A stretch of 64,000 nucleotides of DNA from Candidatus Bipolaricaulota bacterium (GTDB lineage Bacteria; Bipolaricaulota; Bipolaricaulia; UBA7950; UBA9294), in the NCBI GenBank assembly GCA_018817505.1, contig JAHITR010000021.1, positions 1,077 through 65,076 on the forward strand. Reading direction: 5' to 3'. Positions 55,320 to 64,000 of this stretch are shown piece by piece. Position numbers and translations under genes: made by a program. Under the pieces are notes generated by a model that searched no databases, was not told the origin of the DNA, and saw only the letters and a list, made by a program, of their open reading frames with translations. The stretch's first letter is position 1; each line of letters opens with the position of its first letter.

Positions 55320-56996
55320 GTGACAGCCAAGAGCGAGTACCAACATTCGGATAGTCTTATAGAGAATGCGCTGAATGGCATTTATCAGTGCAACGAGGAT
55401 GGCGCATTCCTGTCAGTCAATGCGGCACTGGCGAGGATGCTCGGGTATGCATCCTCGGATGAGCTTGGCAGCGAGCAATTTCAAACGCTCCTAGCATCAG
55501 CCAAGGAAGCGGATATTGTCACGCATGGACTGCGAAGTAGTTCAAATCTGGTGGGCATGGAAGTGACGCTCAAGCCCAAAGAAGGACCGATGGTTCAAGC
55601 CGTGCTCAATGGCCGTTGGGTGGAGCGCGACGGAACGGGGAATGACCCGTATCATGAGGGCATCCTAACCGATATCTCGCATCTCAAGCGCCAAGAGGAA
55701 GAACTGCTTCACCTGGCTACGCATGACCCACTCACTGGATTGCACAACCGGCGGGAATTCAATGCCATCTTCGAGCGTCATTTGTCTCGGGTTCGGCGCT
55801 ATGGAGACGCTGGCGCATTGTTGTGGATGGATCTCGACGGCTTCAAACAAATCAACGATAGCCTGGGGCACAACGCGGGCGACGAGCTTTTGTCTAGCAT
55901 CGCTCATCGAATGAAGGCGACGGTTCGTGATTCAGACGTCGTGGCTCGACTGGGTGGAGATGAATTTGCTGTGCTCTATCCCAATGTCGATGAAGCCCAG
56001 GCGAAACTAGCTGCCGGACGACTCTTGGATGCCATTCGCAAACACTCAGTGGTCATCGAAGGCCAGATTCTTCGGTCGACGTCCAGCATGGGCGTTGTGC
56101 TGTTTCCTGAACATGGGAATTCAGCTTCTGAGTTGTTCCTGAAGGCCGACATGGCCATGTATCGCGCCAAGGCTTCGGGGCGCAATCGCATCACCATGTA
56201 CTCGTACAGCGATGAAAAGGTAGAGAACCCCGAATCACGCATTGACTGGCTGCGAGTCATTCGCGAGGCACTGGAGAATGACAGCTTTGTGCTGTATGCC
56301 CAGCCAATTCTCGATCTCAAGACCAATCGCATCGTTCGATATGAGATCCTGCTTCGACTGAGGGACCAAGCAGGAAACTTGATCCCTCCTGGCGCATTCT
56401 TGGACGTGGCTGAACAATTTGGCTTGTCTGGGGATATTGACCGCTGGGTACTGCGCAAGGTGATGGACGTTCTCGGAGATGCTTCTTTGGGCGATGACTT
56501 GTCATTTGCTGTCAATCTCTCTCCGCGATCGCTCACGGATCCTGAGCTCCTGGCGATGGTGACGGGCAAAGAGTCGCTTACGATTATTGGTCCCGTCCGC
56601 CTTGTGCTGGAGATTACTGAAAGCGCTGCGATCTACAACATTCACGTCGCCAAGGATTTCTTGCGAACGTTGAGAACTCAGGGGTACGAGTTCGCACTAG
56701 ATGACTTTGGCAAAGGATTCTCGTCGTTCTATCAGCTGAAGAACTTGGACGTCGATTACCTGAAAATTGACGGTAGTTTCGTCCGCAATCTCAGCAAGGA
56801 TCCAGTAGACAAGCACCTCGTGACGGCGATGGTTACGCTTGCGGGCAGTCTGGGTAAGCAAACGATTGCGGAATTTGTCGAAGATGAAGAAACGCTGGAG
56901 ATACTTCGTTCGATCGGAGTCGATTGCGCTCAAGGATTCTACATCGGTCGGCCGAGCCCACTGGATGGAATTCTCGAAGATCTACGCAATGCTTGA
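55320..56996 (+). CDS. PAS-GGDEF-EAL protein (diguanylate cyclase/phosphodiesterase)
   Basis: GTG start with a GAGGAGG RBS. A PAS region (...LIENALNGIYQCNEDGAFLSVNAALARMLGY...) is followed by a GGDEF domain (...RLGGDEFAV...) and an EAL domain (...EILLRL..., ...LVLEITES..., ...DDFGKGFSSF...). Confidence 0.85.
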   Translation: MTAKSEYQHSDSLIENALNGIYQCNEDGAFLSVNAALARMLGYASSDELGSEQFQTLLASAKEADIVTHGLRSSSNLVGMEVTLKPKEGPMVQAVLNGRWVERDGTGNDPYHEGILTDISHLKRQEEELLHLATHDPLTGLHNRREFNAIFERHLSRVRRYGDAGALLWMDLDGFKQINDSLGHNAGDELLSSIAHRMKATVRDSDVVARLGGDEFAVLYPNVDEAQAKLAAGRLLDAIRKHSVVIEGQILRSTSSMGVVLFPEHGNSASELFLKADMAMYRAKASGRNRITMYSYSDEKVENPESRIDWLRVIREALENDSFVLYAQPILDLKTNRIVRYEILLRLRDQAGNLIPPGAFLDVAEQFGLSGDIDRWVLRKVMDVLGDASLGDDLSFAVNLSPRSLTDPELLAMVTGKESLTIIGPVRLVLEITESAAIYNIHVAKDFLRTLRTQGYEFALDDFGKGFSSFYQLKNLDVDYLKIDGSFVRNLSKDPVDKHLVTAMVTLAGSLGKQTIAEFVEDEETLEILRSIGVDCAQGFYIGRPSPLDGILEDLRNA

Positions 56997-57104
56997 GCTA
57001 GAACATGCCTTGGATGTTGTGGTGAATTGTGTACCCTTGAAAGCGATCTGGCAGCTTGAGTAGATTGCCGATCGAAGGTGGGCAATTCCGTGAAAGACAG
57101 GGCC

Positions 57105-58169
57105 ATGGTGTGCGTTGGCGTGCGACTCCAAATCAGGCGCTGTTGCATTCACGCATGGATGCTTGGCCTTTCGCTCATTGGACTGCTCGTTGTTGAAAGC
57201 ATCGAGCTGCAGGCTGTGACGATCTCAGTGTCTCAATTCGCGTTGGTCTGTGATCCCGGCGACTTTATCTCAGAGTCGTTCGTCATTCTCAATAGTGAGA
57301 GCCGCCCTGTGGACTTGGAGCTCGAACTTGTGGATTGGGATCGAACGCTAGATGGCATCACGCACATCTTGGACGCGGGAGCGCTGGCCAGATCATGCGC
57401 ATCCTGGATGTCCCTACCCGTTGGCGATCGTTCATTGCTGCCCGACGCCGAGATCGAGATTCCATTGAGTATCCAGATCCCTGCGGAGGTTCAGGGTACG
57501 TACTGGGCTGCAATTCTAGTCAGCGCACGTCTGGCTTCCGGCTCCGTGGAAGACGGGGATATTGAGGCGCTTCGACAATTCTTGGTGCGTGTATTCGTTA
57601 CGGTATCTCCGGCAACGTTCGATGGACGTGTCTCCGATCTCAAGATTCTGGGAACCAATCCCCTCGGTATCGAGGTGACGTTCCTAAACTCTGGGAATAC
57701 GATGCTTTGGAGAGTATCGGGGATGGCTGCCGTCGAATCCCTGGCTGGAGACACGCTGTTTCAGATACCAATGGTCCCATTCGATGTCCTTCCTGAACAT
57801 GCCTTTCGTCAATCGGTTTTTGGAACATGGGGCCTGCCCACTGCCGGCGCGTACCTTGTCCGCGCGGTGATCGACTTTGGCGCCGAGTATCTGGTCGCAG
57901 GACAATTCGTACTGCGGATTGACGAACTCCATTTGATCCCGATCGGAACAGCCGACTTTGCGCCGGCAGATCATGATGGCGATGGCTTGTACGAGGATGT
58001 AGATGGCGATGGGGTCCCCACAGAAGCAGACGCAACGCTGTTGGCGGAACAGCTCGATTCTCCCTCGATCCAAGACAACGCGCGGGCATTTGACTTCAAT
58101 AACGACGGAGTTGTGACTGCGGCAGATGTAGATACTCTTCGAGGCTTCGTCTTGCGAGCGACTGAATAA
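57105..58169 (+). CDS. secreted protein with C-terminal dockerin-type repeats (two Ca-binding DxDxDG-like segments)
   Basis: The N-terminal signal-like region is ...HAWMLGLSLIGLLVVESIELQA. The C-terminus (...DHDGDGLYEDVDGDGVPTEADATLLAEQL... and ...DFNNDGVVTAADVDTLRGFVL...) matches the paired 22-aa dockerin repeat pattern. Start codon uncertain (GTG 57078 / ATG 57105 / ATG 57147). Confidence 0.55.
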   Translation: MVCVGVRLQIRRCCIHAWMLGLSLIGLLVVESIELQAVTISVSQFALVCDPGDFISESFVILNSESRPVDLELELVDWDRTLDGITHILDAGALARSCASWMSLPVGDRSLLPDAEIEIPLSIQIPAEVQGTYWAAILVSARLASGSVEDGDIEALRQFLVRVFVTVSPATFDGRVSDLKILGTNPLGIEVTFLNSGNTMLWRVSGMAAVESLAGDTLFQIPMVPFDVLPEHAFRQSVFGTWGLPTAGAYLVRAVIDFGAEYLVAGQFVLRIDELHLIPIGTADFAPADHDGDGLYEDVDGDGVPTEADATLLAEQLDSPSIQDNARAFDFNNDGVVTAADVDTLRGFVLRATE

Positions 58170-58222
58170 GGAACAATCAGTCTGTACCTGCGAATACGAG
58201 TAGGCGCAAGAGGTGAACCCGA

Positions 58223-58723
58223 ATGAGATGCTGCGCGGGACATAGGCGTTGGTGGATTTGGATCCCCATGGCCATTGTTGTTCTGGCTGTATCCGGTTTT
58301 GCTGTTCAGCGCTCAGTGACGATCCGGACAAGTTGGAAGGTCCTGCCGTATCAAACACTACAGTTGAACGACTCGCGTGACGAGACGACAGCCGTCGCCT
58401 TTGACGTTCCAGAACCGACAGCCCTTGATATTGCCCGCGGATATATCGAGAGCGAACATGCCGTAAGACTTCATGTGGTGAGCAATACCCCGTGGAAGAT
58501 CCAGGTTTGGGTGCGAAATCGAAGCGTTGAACCCACTACGGTTCTGCAGGTGCGCCGCCACGGAGGCAACTACCTTGAACTTTCTGGCCAGCCACAGATC
58601 CTTGTTCAGGGGCTCAATGGTGTTTTTGAGATTAGCGTTGACTACCGCCTTCAACTCGAATTCGATGGGACGTTCGCAACGGACCCGTCAGCCGAAATCG
58701 TTTACACAATCATGTCTGACTAG
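58223..58723 (+). CDS. hypothetical secreted protein (166 aa)
   Basis: AAGAGGTGA RBS and a signal-peptide-like N-terminus (IWIPMAIVVLAVSGFAV). Confidence 0.5.
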   Translation: MRCCAGHRRWWIWIPMAIVVLAVSGFAVQRSVTIRTSWKVLPYQTLQLNDSRDETTAVAFDVPEPTALDIARGYIESEHAVRLHVVSNTPWKIQVWVRNRSVEPTTVLQVRRHGGNYLELSGQPQILVQGLNGVFEISVDYRLQLEFDGTFATDPSAEIVYTIMSD

Positions 58724-58836
58724 CGTCACCACCTTCAGTGTGTCCAGAACGAACCGATCAGGGACGCCACGTCGCGTGCGCGAATGGAGGACCGGATGTC
58801 TGGACGCAAACCGAGTGAGTGTGCTAAGGTGGCAGC

Positions 58837-61290
58837 ATGAACAACCGTCTGCGGTGGATCCGGTGGGGGATTCTTGGTGCTGTCCTTGTTGCTGCCATCC
58901 TCCTGATCCTCATGCTTTGGGTTGGAAGGCCAGCAAGACTTCCAAGTGACGCGATTGTTGTGCCGAGAGATGTCGAGTCCCTTGCTGAGGCACTGGCGAA
59001 CGCATCCCCTGGAGATACCATTGTTATCCAAGCCGGAGCGGGTTCGATTCACGGCCCCATCACCCTTGAGATCCCCGATTTGACGCTGATGTCATCGGGA
59101 GGCAGAACGTTGGTGAATGGCACTGGCGGAAGTCCTGCGATTTCGATTCTCGCTGATGGTGTGATTGTTCAAGGTTTTGACATCACGTCTGAGAGTATCG
59201 GCATTCTTGTCGATGCATCGGATTGCACCATCGAAGACATTCACATCGACTTGACGCCGATCGCCATCCAGCTGAATGACGCATCCCGTTGCACGATACG
59301 ATCCATCGAGGCACGCGGTGGACAAATAGGCGTCGATCTCAGTGGCTCAAGAAGCGTGGTGTTGGAGAACTCAATTCTTGAAGGGGCAACCGAATTCGGC
59401 GTGCGCTTGCAGGGATCTTGGCGAAACCTGCTGAGGAATCTCAAGCTCTCCGGGAACGCGGTCGGGATTTCGATCGAACAGGCATCTGGGGACAATGGTG
59501 TCGACGCCTGCCAAATCGACCGTTGCTCGATTGCGGGCATTGAAATTCGAGCATCGAATGACAACGAGATTGTTGACTCAACGATCACCTCCGTTCGAAT
59601 CGGGATCGTACTTGAAGGTGTCACGGGTACCGAAATCCGGTCGTGTGATCTTGATCATCCGACTGTGGCCGGCATTCATTTGCAGCAGTCCATCCAGAAT
59701 CGAGTTTTGGAGACGCACATTCGGGGCAGCCAAGGGACGGGGATTCAGCTGACGCAGAGTATGGAGAATGCCCTTCTGTACAACGACGTTTCGGCCTGTC
59801 GAGATGCTGGCATTTCTCTGATTAGCAGTGATCGAAATCTGATCTCGGGAAATGAGATGAGTGACTGCTTGATGGGGATTGCCGTGTCGCGCTCAAACGA
59901 CACTCGGATTCTACGCAATCACGCTACGAATTCAGTCGTGAGCGGATTCCTCGTTTCGCAAGGCAAGGCCAATCGCTTGCTAGACAATGGGGCGACGAAC
60001 GGAAGCTTCGGTCTGGTTGTGGTCGAATCGACCGGCAACACGATCCTTCGCAATCGGTTGAGCGGGGCCGATGGCGCGGGCATGTTCTTGGTTCAAACCT
60101 CTGGTCAAAACTACGTGGCGGAAAACGACATGCACGACAACGTGCATGGCCTTGTTCTCGCGGCGGTGACTTGGGATCAATTCGCTCAGAATAGGATTCT
60201 ATCGAACGAAATTGGCATATTGCTTGCCCAGCTGGGAAGTGGCGTCCGGATCGAAGGGAACGCGATCGCCGACAACCAGACGGGTCTCAAGCAGGCATCG
60301 GATCTAGCAGGGTTACAGGCGCAGCTTGGCGCGTTTGGAATCGCGGCTCTCAAGCCCGGCGAAACAAATGCTCCCGTTCTTGCCAACAACGTGTTCGCTG
60401 GCAATGAACAGTTCGACATCCAAAACGTCACGACGGTTTCTCTCCCTGCTGCCGGCAACTGGTGGGGAACACAGCGTTCGAGGGATTCCGCAGAAGCGGT
60501 TGTGTCGGATGGCGTTCTTCTGGAACAATCCGCGTGGCGCGGAACGCTTGCCGTGGGGACTGGATCCGACGTAGTCCGCGTCTTGTTGGGAAGGATCCTT
60601 GAACTCACTCTTAGCGAAGCGGGATTCCGAGTCATTGACTTGGTGGGGATGGGGCCCTCGCAGAGGGTTCAACAGGCCCTTATCGAGTCGGATGTTGACC
60701 TCATTTGGTGGAGCGGCGCCGCGTTCGAATCTCAATCACCCATGGCGGCGAGCTCGCCAATCACGGTTGCATCGTTTGCTGCCGAGGGATGGCGGGTGAT
60801 TGTCTCTTCCCAGCTGGCGAGCCGATTGTCGGCATCGACGGTTTCTGACCTTTCTTCCTGGGCGGCAACCACGGGAGAGCGTTTGCGCTACGCCGCCGTC
60901 GCTTCGTTTAGTGAAGATATGTCCGATGCCTTCATTGCCGCCTATGGGCTAGGCGACTCCGTGAGGTCGTTCACTCGTGCCGAGGCATTGCAGGAGGTTG
61001 AAGCGCTTCTCAAATTTGGCGCTGTGGATGTGGCCATTGTCGGGAACCTTGAGGAGACCCTGACTACAGCAGGATTCATGGAGATCACAGATGATCTTCA
61101 GGTTCTTGATCAACAACCCCTCTCGATGGTCATTCAACAAGCCATCTCAACGGACCACGAAGAGATTCAGGGCATCCTGAAAGCATTGGGGGAGAGGCTT
61201 ACCAGTGACGTGCTCCATGACCTCGTAAGCCGTATTCGATTGCTACACCAAGAACCAGACGATGTGGCGCGTAAGTTTGTTCAGCAATAG
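58837..61290 (+). CDS. membrane-anchored protein with right-handed parallel beta-helix repeats (NosD/pectate-lyase-like) plus C-terminal periplasmic-binding-protein-like domain
   Basis: N-terminal TM anchor (ILGAVLVAAILLILMLWV), then many ~22-aa PbH1-type repeats (...N.I..N...GI.L..S..N.I..N...) over ~450 aa. The C-terminal ~270 aa (...VRVLLGRILELTLSEAGFRVIDLVGMGPSQRVQQALIESDVDLIWWS...) looks like a type-2 PBP fold. AAGGTGG RBS. Confidence 0.65.
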   Translation: MNNRLRWIRWGILGAVLVAAILLILMLWVGRPARLPSDAIVVPRDVESLAEALANASPGDTIVIQAGAGSIHGPITLEIPDLTLMSSGGRTLVNGTGGSPAISILADGVIVQGFDITSESIGILVDASDCTIEDIHIDLTPIAIQLNDASRCTIRSIEARGGQIGVDLSGSRSVVLENSILEGATEFGVRLQGSWRNLLRNLKLSGNAVGISIEQASGDNGVDACQIDRCSIAGIEIRASNDNEIVDSTITSVRIGIVLEGVTGTEIRSCDLDHPTVAGIHLQQSIQNRVLETHIRGSQGTGIQLTQSMENALLYNDVSACRDAGISLISSDRNLISGNEMSDCLMGIAVSRSNDTRILRNHATNSVVSGFLVSQGKANRLLDNGATNGSFGLVVVESTGNTILRNRLSGADGAGMFLVQTSGQNYVAENDMHDNVHGLVLAAVTWDQFAQNRILSNEIGILLAQLGSGVRIEGNAIADNQTGLKQASDLAGLQAQLGAFGIAALKPGETNAPVLANNVFAGNEQFDIQNVTTVSLPAAGNWWGTQRSRDSAEAVVSDGVLLEQSAWRGTLAVGTGSDVVRVLLGRILELTLSEAGFRVIDLVGMGPSQRVQQALIESDVDLIWWSGAAFESQSPMAASSPITVASFAAEGWRVIVSSQLASRLSASTVSDLSSWAATTGERLRYAAVASFSEDMSDAFIAAYGLGDSVRSFTRAEALQEVEALLKFGAVDVAIVGNLEETLTTAGFMEITDDLQVLDQQPLSMVIQQAISTDHEEIQGILKALGERLTSDVLHDLVSRIRLLHQEPDDVARKFVQQ

Positions 61291-61321
61291 CGGAGTTTGA
61301 GGACTAGAAAAGGAGAATTCG

Positions 61322-62620
61322 ATGGATGCCAGCAGCGAGATCAAGCAGCAGAGTGACAGGCGACCAAGCCCGTTCATGCGTCTTCGATCCGCGCTTCGAT
61401 ATGGGACAAGCTTGCGCGGGAAGCTCATTGTACTTGTGTTGGCGATTGCGCTTTTGGTTGTCGGGGCATTGTACTGGTTCTCGCTTGCTTCACTGCGAAC
61501 GTCAATTACGGCAATCTATGAATCACGTGCCCGGAGTGTTGCCGCGGTCATTACCAAATCGATTCAGGAGAATGATTACATTCTCTACTATTCGGACGAA
61601 TTCGATGCCGATATTGGGCGTCTTCTTGATCGATACGAAACCGTCATGGGGATCACTGTCGTTGGGATGAGCGCGCGGGGATTCTTGGTGGTGGCGAGCA
61701 CGGATCCAACGGCTGTTGGAGAATTGGCGACTGAAGAAGATCAATCCCGCTTCGAGGCGCTTAGCTCAGTAGAGGTCGTAGGAGAACGAGTGGGAGGCAC
61801 GGCGTTCCTCCGCGCGTACCATCCCATATTCTCTGGCGCGGATTTGATCGGCGTCGTTTTGGTCGACATGTCGTTGACCGAGCAATCCCAATACATTGCT
61901 TCGCTGTCTTGGAAATACGGGATTGCCTCGATAGGTGGGTTCTTGATTTTGGGTGGACTGCTTTATTTGGCGCTTCATGCGATTGTGACCAAGCCGGTTA
62001 AGAAAATAGCCCAGGCGATGGGAGCGGTAGCACAGCGGCACTATGACGTTGAGGTCTCTGCGCCCTTTAGAAGAATCCCCGGAACGCGACAACGCGATGA
62101 AGTGTCTCAGCTGATTGATGGCTTCAATCTGATGACCAAGGTAATCCATTCCCACGAACAGGAGCTGATGAAACTAGTCGTTCTGGATGAACTGACAGGC
62201 ACTTACACCCTAGATCATCTTCGCGCTGAGTTGGAGCGTGAGCTGCATAAGACCCGGCGGTACAAGCATCCGACGTCCCTGCTGCTTATCGAGCTGAGGG
62301 GAATTGACGATCTCAGTTCAGATGAAGCGGACGGAGTCTTGGTGCGGACGGCAGGATTCCTTGTGAGCAATCTTCGTAATGTCGACGTGCTCTTCCGAAT
62401 CAGCGACAAACGATTCGCGTCCCTCTTGCCTGAAACACCTCCAGAGGGAGCTGCTGTTGCTGCCAGGAGACTCGGCGCCCAAACCCCAGACGTCACGAAT
62501 CAATACGATTTCGATCTCGAACTGGCCATCGAGCACATAGGATGGGGAGAAGAGGGTGCCCCTGCGATTGATGAAGTGGTGGCGCTCATTTCTGGCCCCT
62601 TCGATGCATTGCGTGAATGA
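61322..62620 (+). CDS. membrane sensor: periplasmic domain + TM + HAMP + degenerate GGDEF domain (GGDEF motif replaced by SDKRF)
   Basis: AAAAGGAG RBS. TM segment IASIGGFLILGGLLYLALHAI, then a HAMP-like linker, then a GGDEF fold (...DELTGTYTLDHLRAELERELHKTRRYKHPTSLLLIELRGIDDL...VLFRISDKRFASLLPET...) in which the catalytic GG(D/E)EF is SDKRF. Confidence 0.7.
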   Translation: MDASSEIKQQSDRRPSPFMRLRSALRYGTSLRGKLIVLVLAIALLVVGALYWFSLASLRTSITAIYESRARSVAAVITKSIQENDYILYYSDEFDADIGRLLDRYETVMGITVVGMSARGFLVVASTDPTAVGELATEEDQSRFEALSSVEVVGERVGGTAFLRAYHPIFSGADLIGVVLVDMSLTEQSQYIASLSWKYGIASIGGFLILGGLLYLALHAIVTKPVKKIAQAMGAVAQRHYDVEVSAPFRRIPGTRQRDEVSQLIDGFNLMTKVIHSHEQELMKLVVLDELTGTYTLDHLRAELERELHKTRRYKHPTSLLLIELRGIDDLSSDEADGVLVRTAGFLVSNLRNVDVLFRISDKRFASLLPETPPEGAAVAARRLGAQTPDVTNQYDFDLELAIEHIGWGEEGAPAIDEVVALISGPFDALRE

Positions 62621-63984
62621 GCCATCGGTCGCGTGAAGCCTTTGCCATTCTGGTTATCGTTCTTGCAGCAACGGGTTCGATTTACGGGCAAACGCCATCC
62701 AGTGATTGGATTGCCGGAATCAATATTCCAAGCTTGACACCCCTGCAAGTTACGTTTCGATTGACAAACAGTGGATCCACGACGCTAGCCCGTGTCAGTG
62801 GACAGGCTATTCTGTCAGATCAATTTGGACGTTCGATTGAGGTCCTCGGCATCGACAGCTTCTCACTGAACCCTGGCGCGAGCACAACGGTCTCGGCATC
62901 AAGCCGCTGGAGCTTCCAACAGACCGGAGTCTATCTCATCGAAGTCGCGCTGGATTTGGGAGGCGGGCACCTCATATCGAATTCCCTTGCCTTCCGAATC
63001 CTTCCTATTCAGCTGCCGTTGGCACCGCCAACGGCAGCTTTCGGCGAAGGGCTGATGACCCTTTACCAGCAGCCAGTGAATTGGGGCATCTTAAGAATCT
63101 TTGCTCCAGAAGCCTGGATGATCACGCATGGGAGGAGCGACGTGGTCGTGGCCGTGATCGATACGGGCATCGATACTTCCATTCCGCAGCTCAAGGACTG
63201 CTTGTGGAACAACCCCGGAGAGATTGCGAACAATGGCATCGATGATGATGGAAACGGCTACATTGATGACATCCACGGATGGGATTTTCGAGACGGAGAC
63301 AACAGCTCGTTGGTTGGTAGCAAGCTGCATTGGCACGGAACCTTTGTGGCCGGGATCATCGCGGCCCAACCAGGAGAGGTTCCTATTGTCGGCGTTGCGC
63401 CCGGCGTGCGGATCATGGACGTTCGATTCCTAGATTCCGACAATACGTTCTCATCCAGAGACTGGAACATGTTCGCAGATGCGATTGACTATGCTGTGGA
63501 CAATGGCGCAAATATCATCAACATGAGCATCTATGCCAACTCTCGCCCGCCCACGATCCTTGAGACTGCGATTCACCGGGCGGCTCAAGCTGGCGTCGTG
63601 ATCATTGGAATTTCCGGGAATACAAGCCAAACCGGCGTGCTATACCCGGGGAAGTATGACGATGTTTATGCCGTATCTGCGACGACAGAGAACGATCAAC
63701 TCGCTGGGTTCAGCACACGCGGGCCTGAAGTGGCCTTCTGTGCTCCAGGAGAGGGCATCACATCCTTTCTTCCTGGAGGACAAACCGCGACTCGCTCGGG
63801 GACCTCTTTTGCTGCCCCACATGTCTCGGGAACGCTTGCACTGATCCTTTCGGCCTACCCTTCGCTGACGCCTGTCCAGGCGGTGAACCTCCTTGTGGGA
63901 TCACTGATTGACCTGGGGATAAAGGGGACTGATCCCTCCTTTGGGCAGGGATTGATTGATGCTTTCGAGGCAGTCAACAACTAG
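62617..63984 (+). CDS. secreted subtilisin-like serine protease (peptidase S8)
   Basis: ATGA overlap with the upstream stop, plus a signal peptide. Catalytic triad context: Asp (VVVAVIDTGID), His (HWHGTFVAGIIAA) and Ser (GTSFAAPHVSGTLALI). Confidence 0.85.
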   Translation: MSHRSREAFAILVIVLAATGSIYGQTPSSDWIAGINIPSLTPLQVTFRLTNSGSTTLARVSGQAILSDQFGRSIEVLGIDSFSLNPGASTTVSASSRWSFQQTGVYLIEVALDLGGGHLISNSLAFRILPIQLPLAPPTAAFGEGLMTLYQQPVNWGILRIFAPEAWMITHGRSDVVVAVIDTGIDTSIPQLKDCLWNNPGEIANNGIDDDGNGYIDDIHGWDFRDGDNSSLVGSKLHWHGTFVAGIIAAQPGEVPIVGVAPGVRIMDVRFLDSDNTFSSRDWNMFADAIDYAVDNGANIINMSIYANSRPPTILETAIHRAAQAGVVIIGISGNTSQTGVLYPGKYDDVYAVSATTENDQLAGFSTRGPEVAFCAPGEGITSFLPGGQTATRSGTSFAAPHVSGTLALILSAYPSLTPVQAVNLLVGSLIDLGIKGTDPSFGQGLIDAFEAVNN

Positions 63985-64000
63985 TAAACGCAGCATCGTT

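Noticed and set aside
1-64000. Mobile elements, prophage, integrases, rRNA/tRNA genes
   Set aside because: No transposase, integrase or recombinase motifs, terminal inverted repeats, or tRNA-like cloverleaf candidates were found in the few intergenic regions. The window appears to be chromosomal backbone plus an adhesin island, with no recognisable mobility genes.

Overview
This 64-kb window is moderately GC-rich bacterial chromosome that uses Shine-Dalgarno sites and has many GTG/TTG starts. The gene content is consistent with a Chloroflexi/Terrabacteria-like organism: ECF transporter, dockerin, lamin-tail domain, and giant Ig/DUF11/cadherin-like adhesins. No rRNA, tRNA, CRISPR array, transposase or integrase was found.

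Housekeeping genes, 5' to 3':
- A partial M20 amidohydrolase (runs off the window start), an M29 aminopeptidase and a metallophosphoesterase.
- mscL with an unusual C-terminal zinc ribbon.
- A flotillin/SPFH protein.
- A large SHMT–GcvT (glyA–gcvT-like) fusion ORF.
- The rpsF-ssb-rpsR operon.
- An ADP-forming acetyl-CoA synthetase, asnS and a MATE exporter.

Accessory content, with the most unusual items first:
1. A tandem array of four paralogous ~50-aa single-TM peptide genes (13023-13731) sits directly upstream of a polytopic-membrane HD-GYP phosphodiesterase.
2. An eight-feature locus (20925-26933) comprises a leaderless promoter, an XRE-HTH/TOBE regulator, a complete ECF transporter (S, A1A2 fusion, T) and three proteins carrying five copies of a domain that looks like a Cys-less sulfite-oxidase-family molybdopterin-binding fold. 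One copy is fused to the S component itself.
3. A ~27-kb same-strand block (27100-54396) of four surface-protein genes includes a 5131-aa protein (DUF11/CARDB/SdrD-B repeats plus three ~550-aa helical modules) and a 2839-aa protein (more than 20 near-identical cadherin-like repeats plus a C-terminal lamin-tail domain). A dockerin-bearing protein lies nearby.
4. c-di-GMP signalling genes flank the adhesin block: HD-GYP, PAS-GGDEF-EAL, and HAMP plus degenerate GGDEF. The last sits in an operon with a beta-helix/PBP-like protein and a subtilisin.
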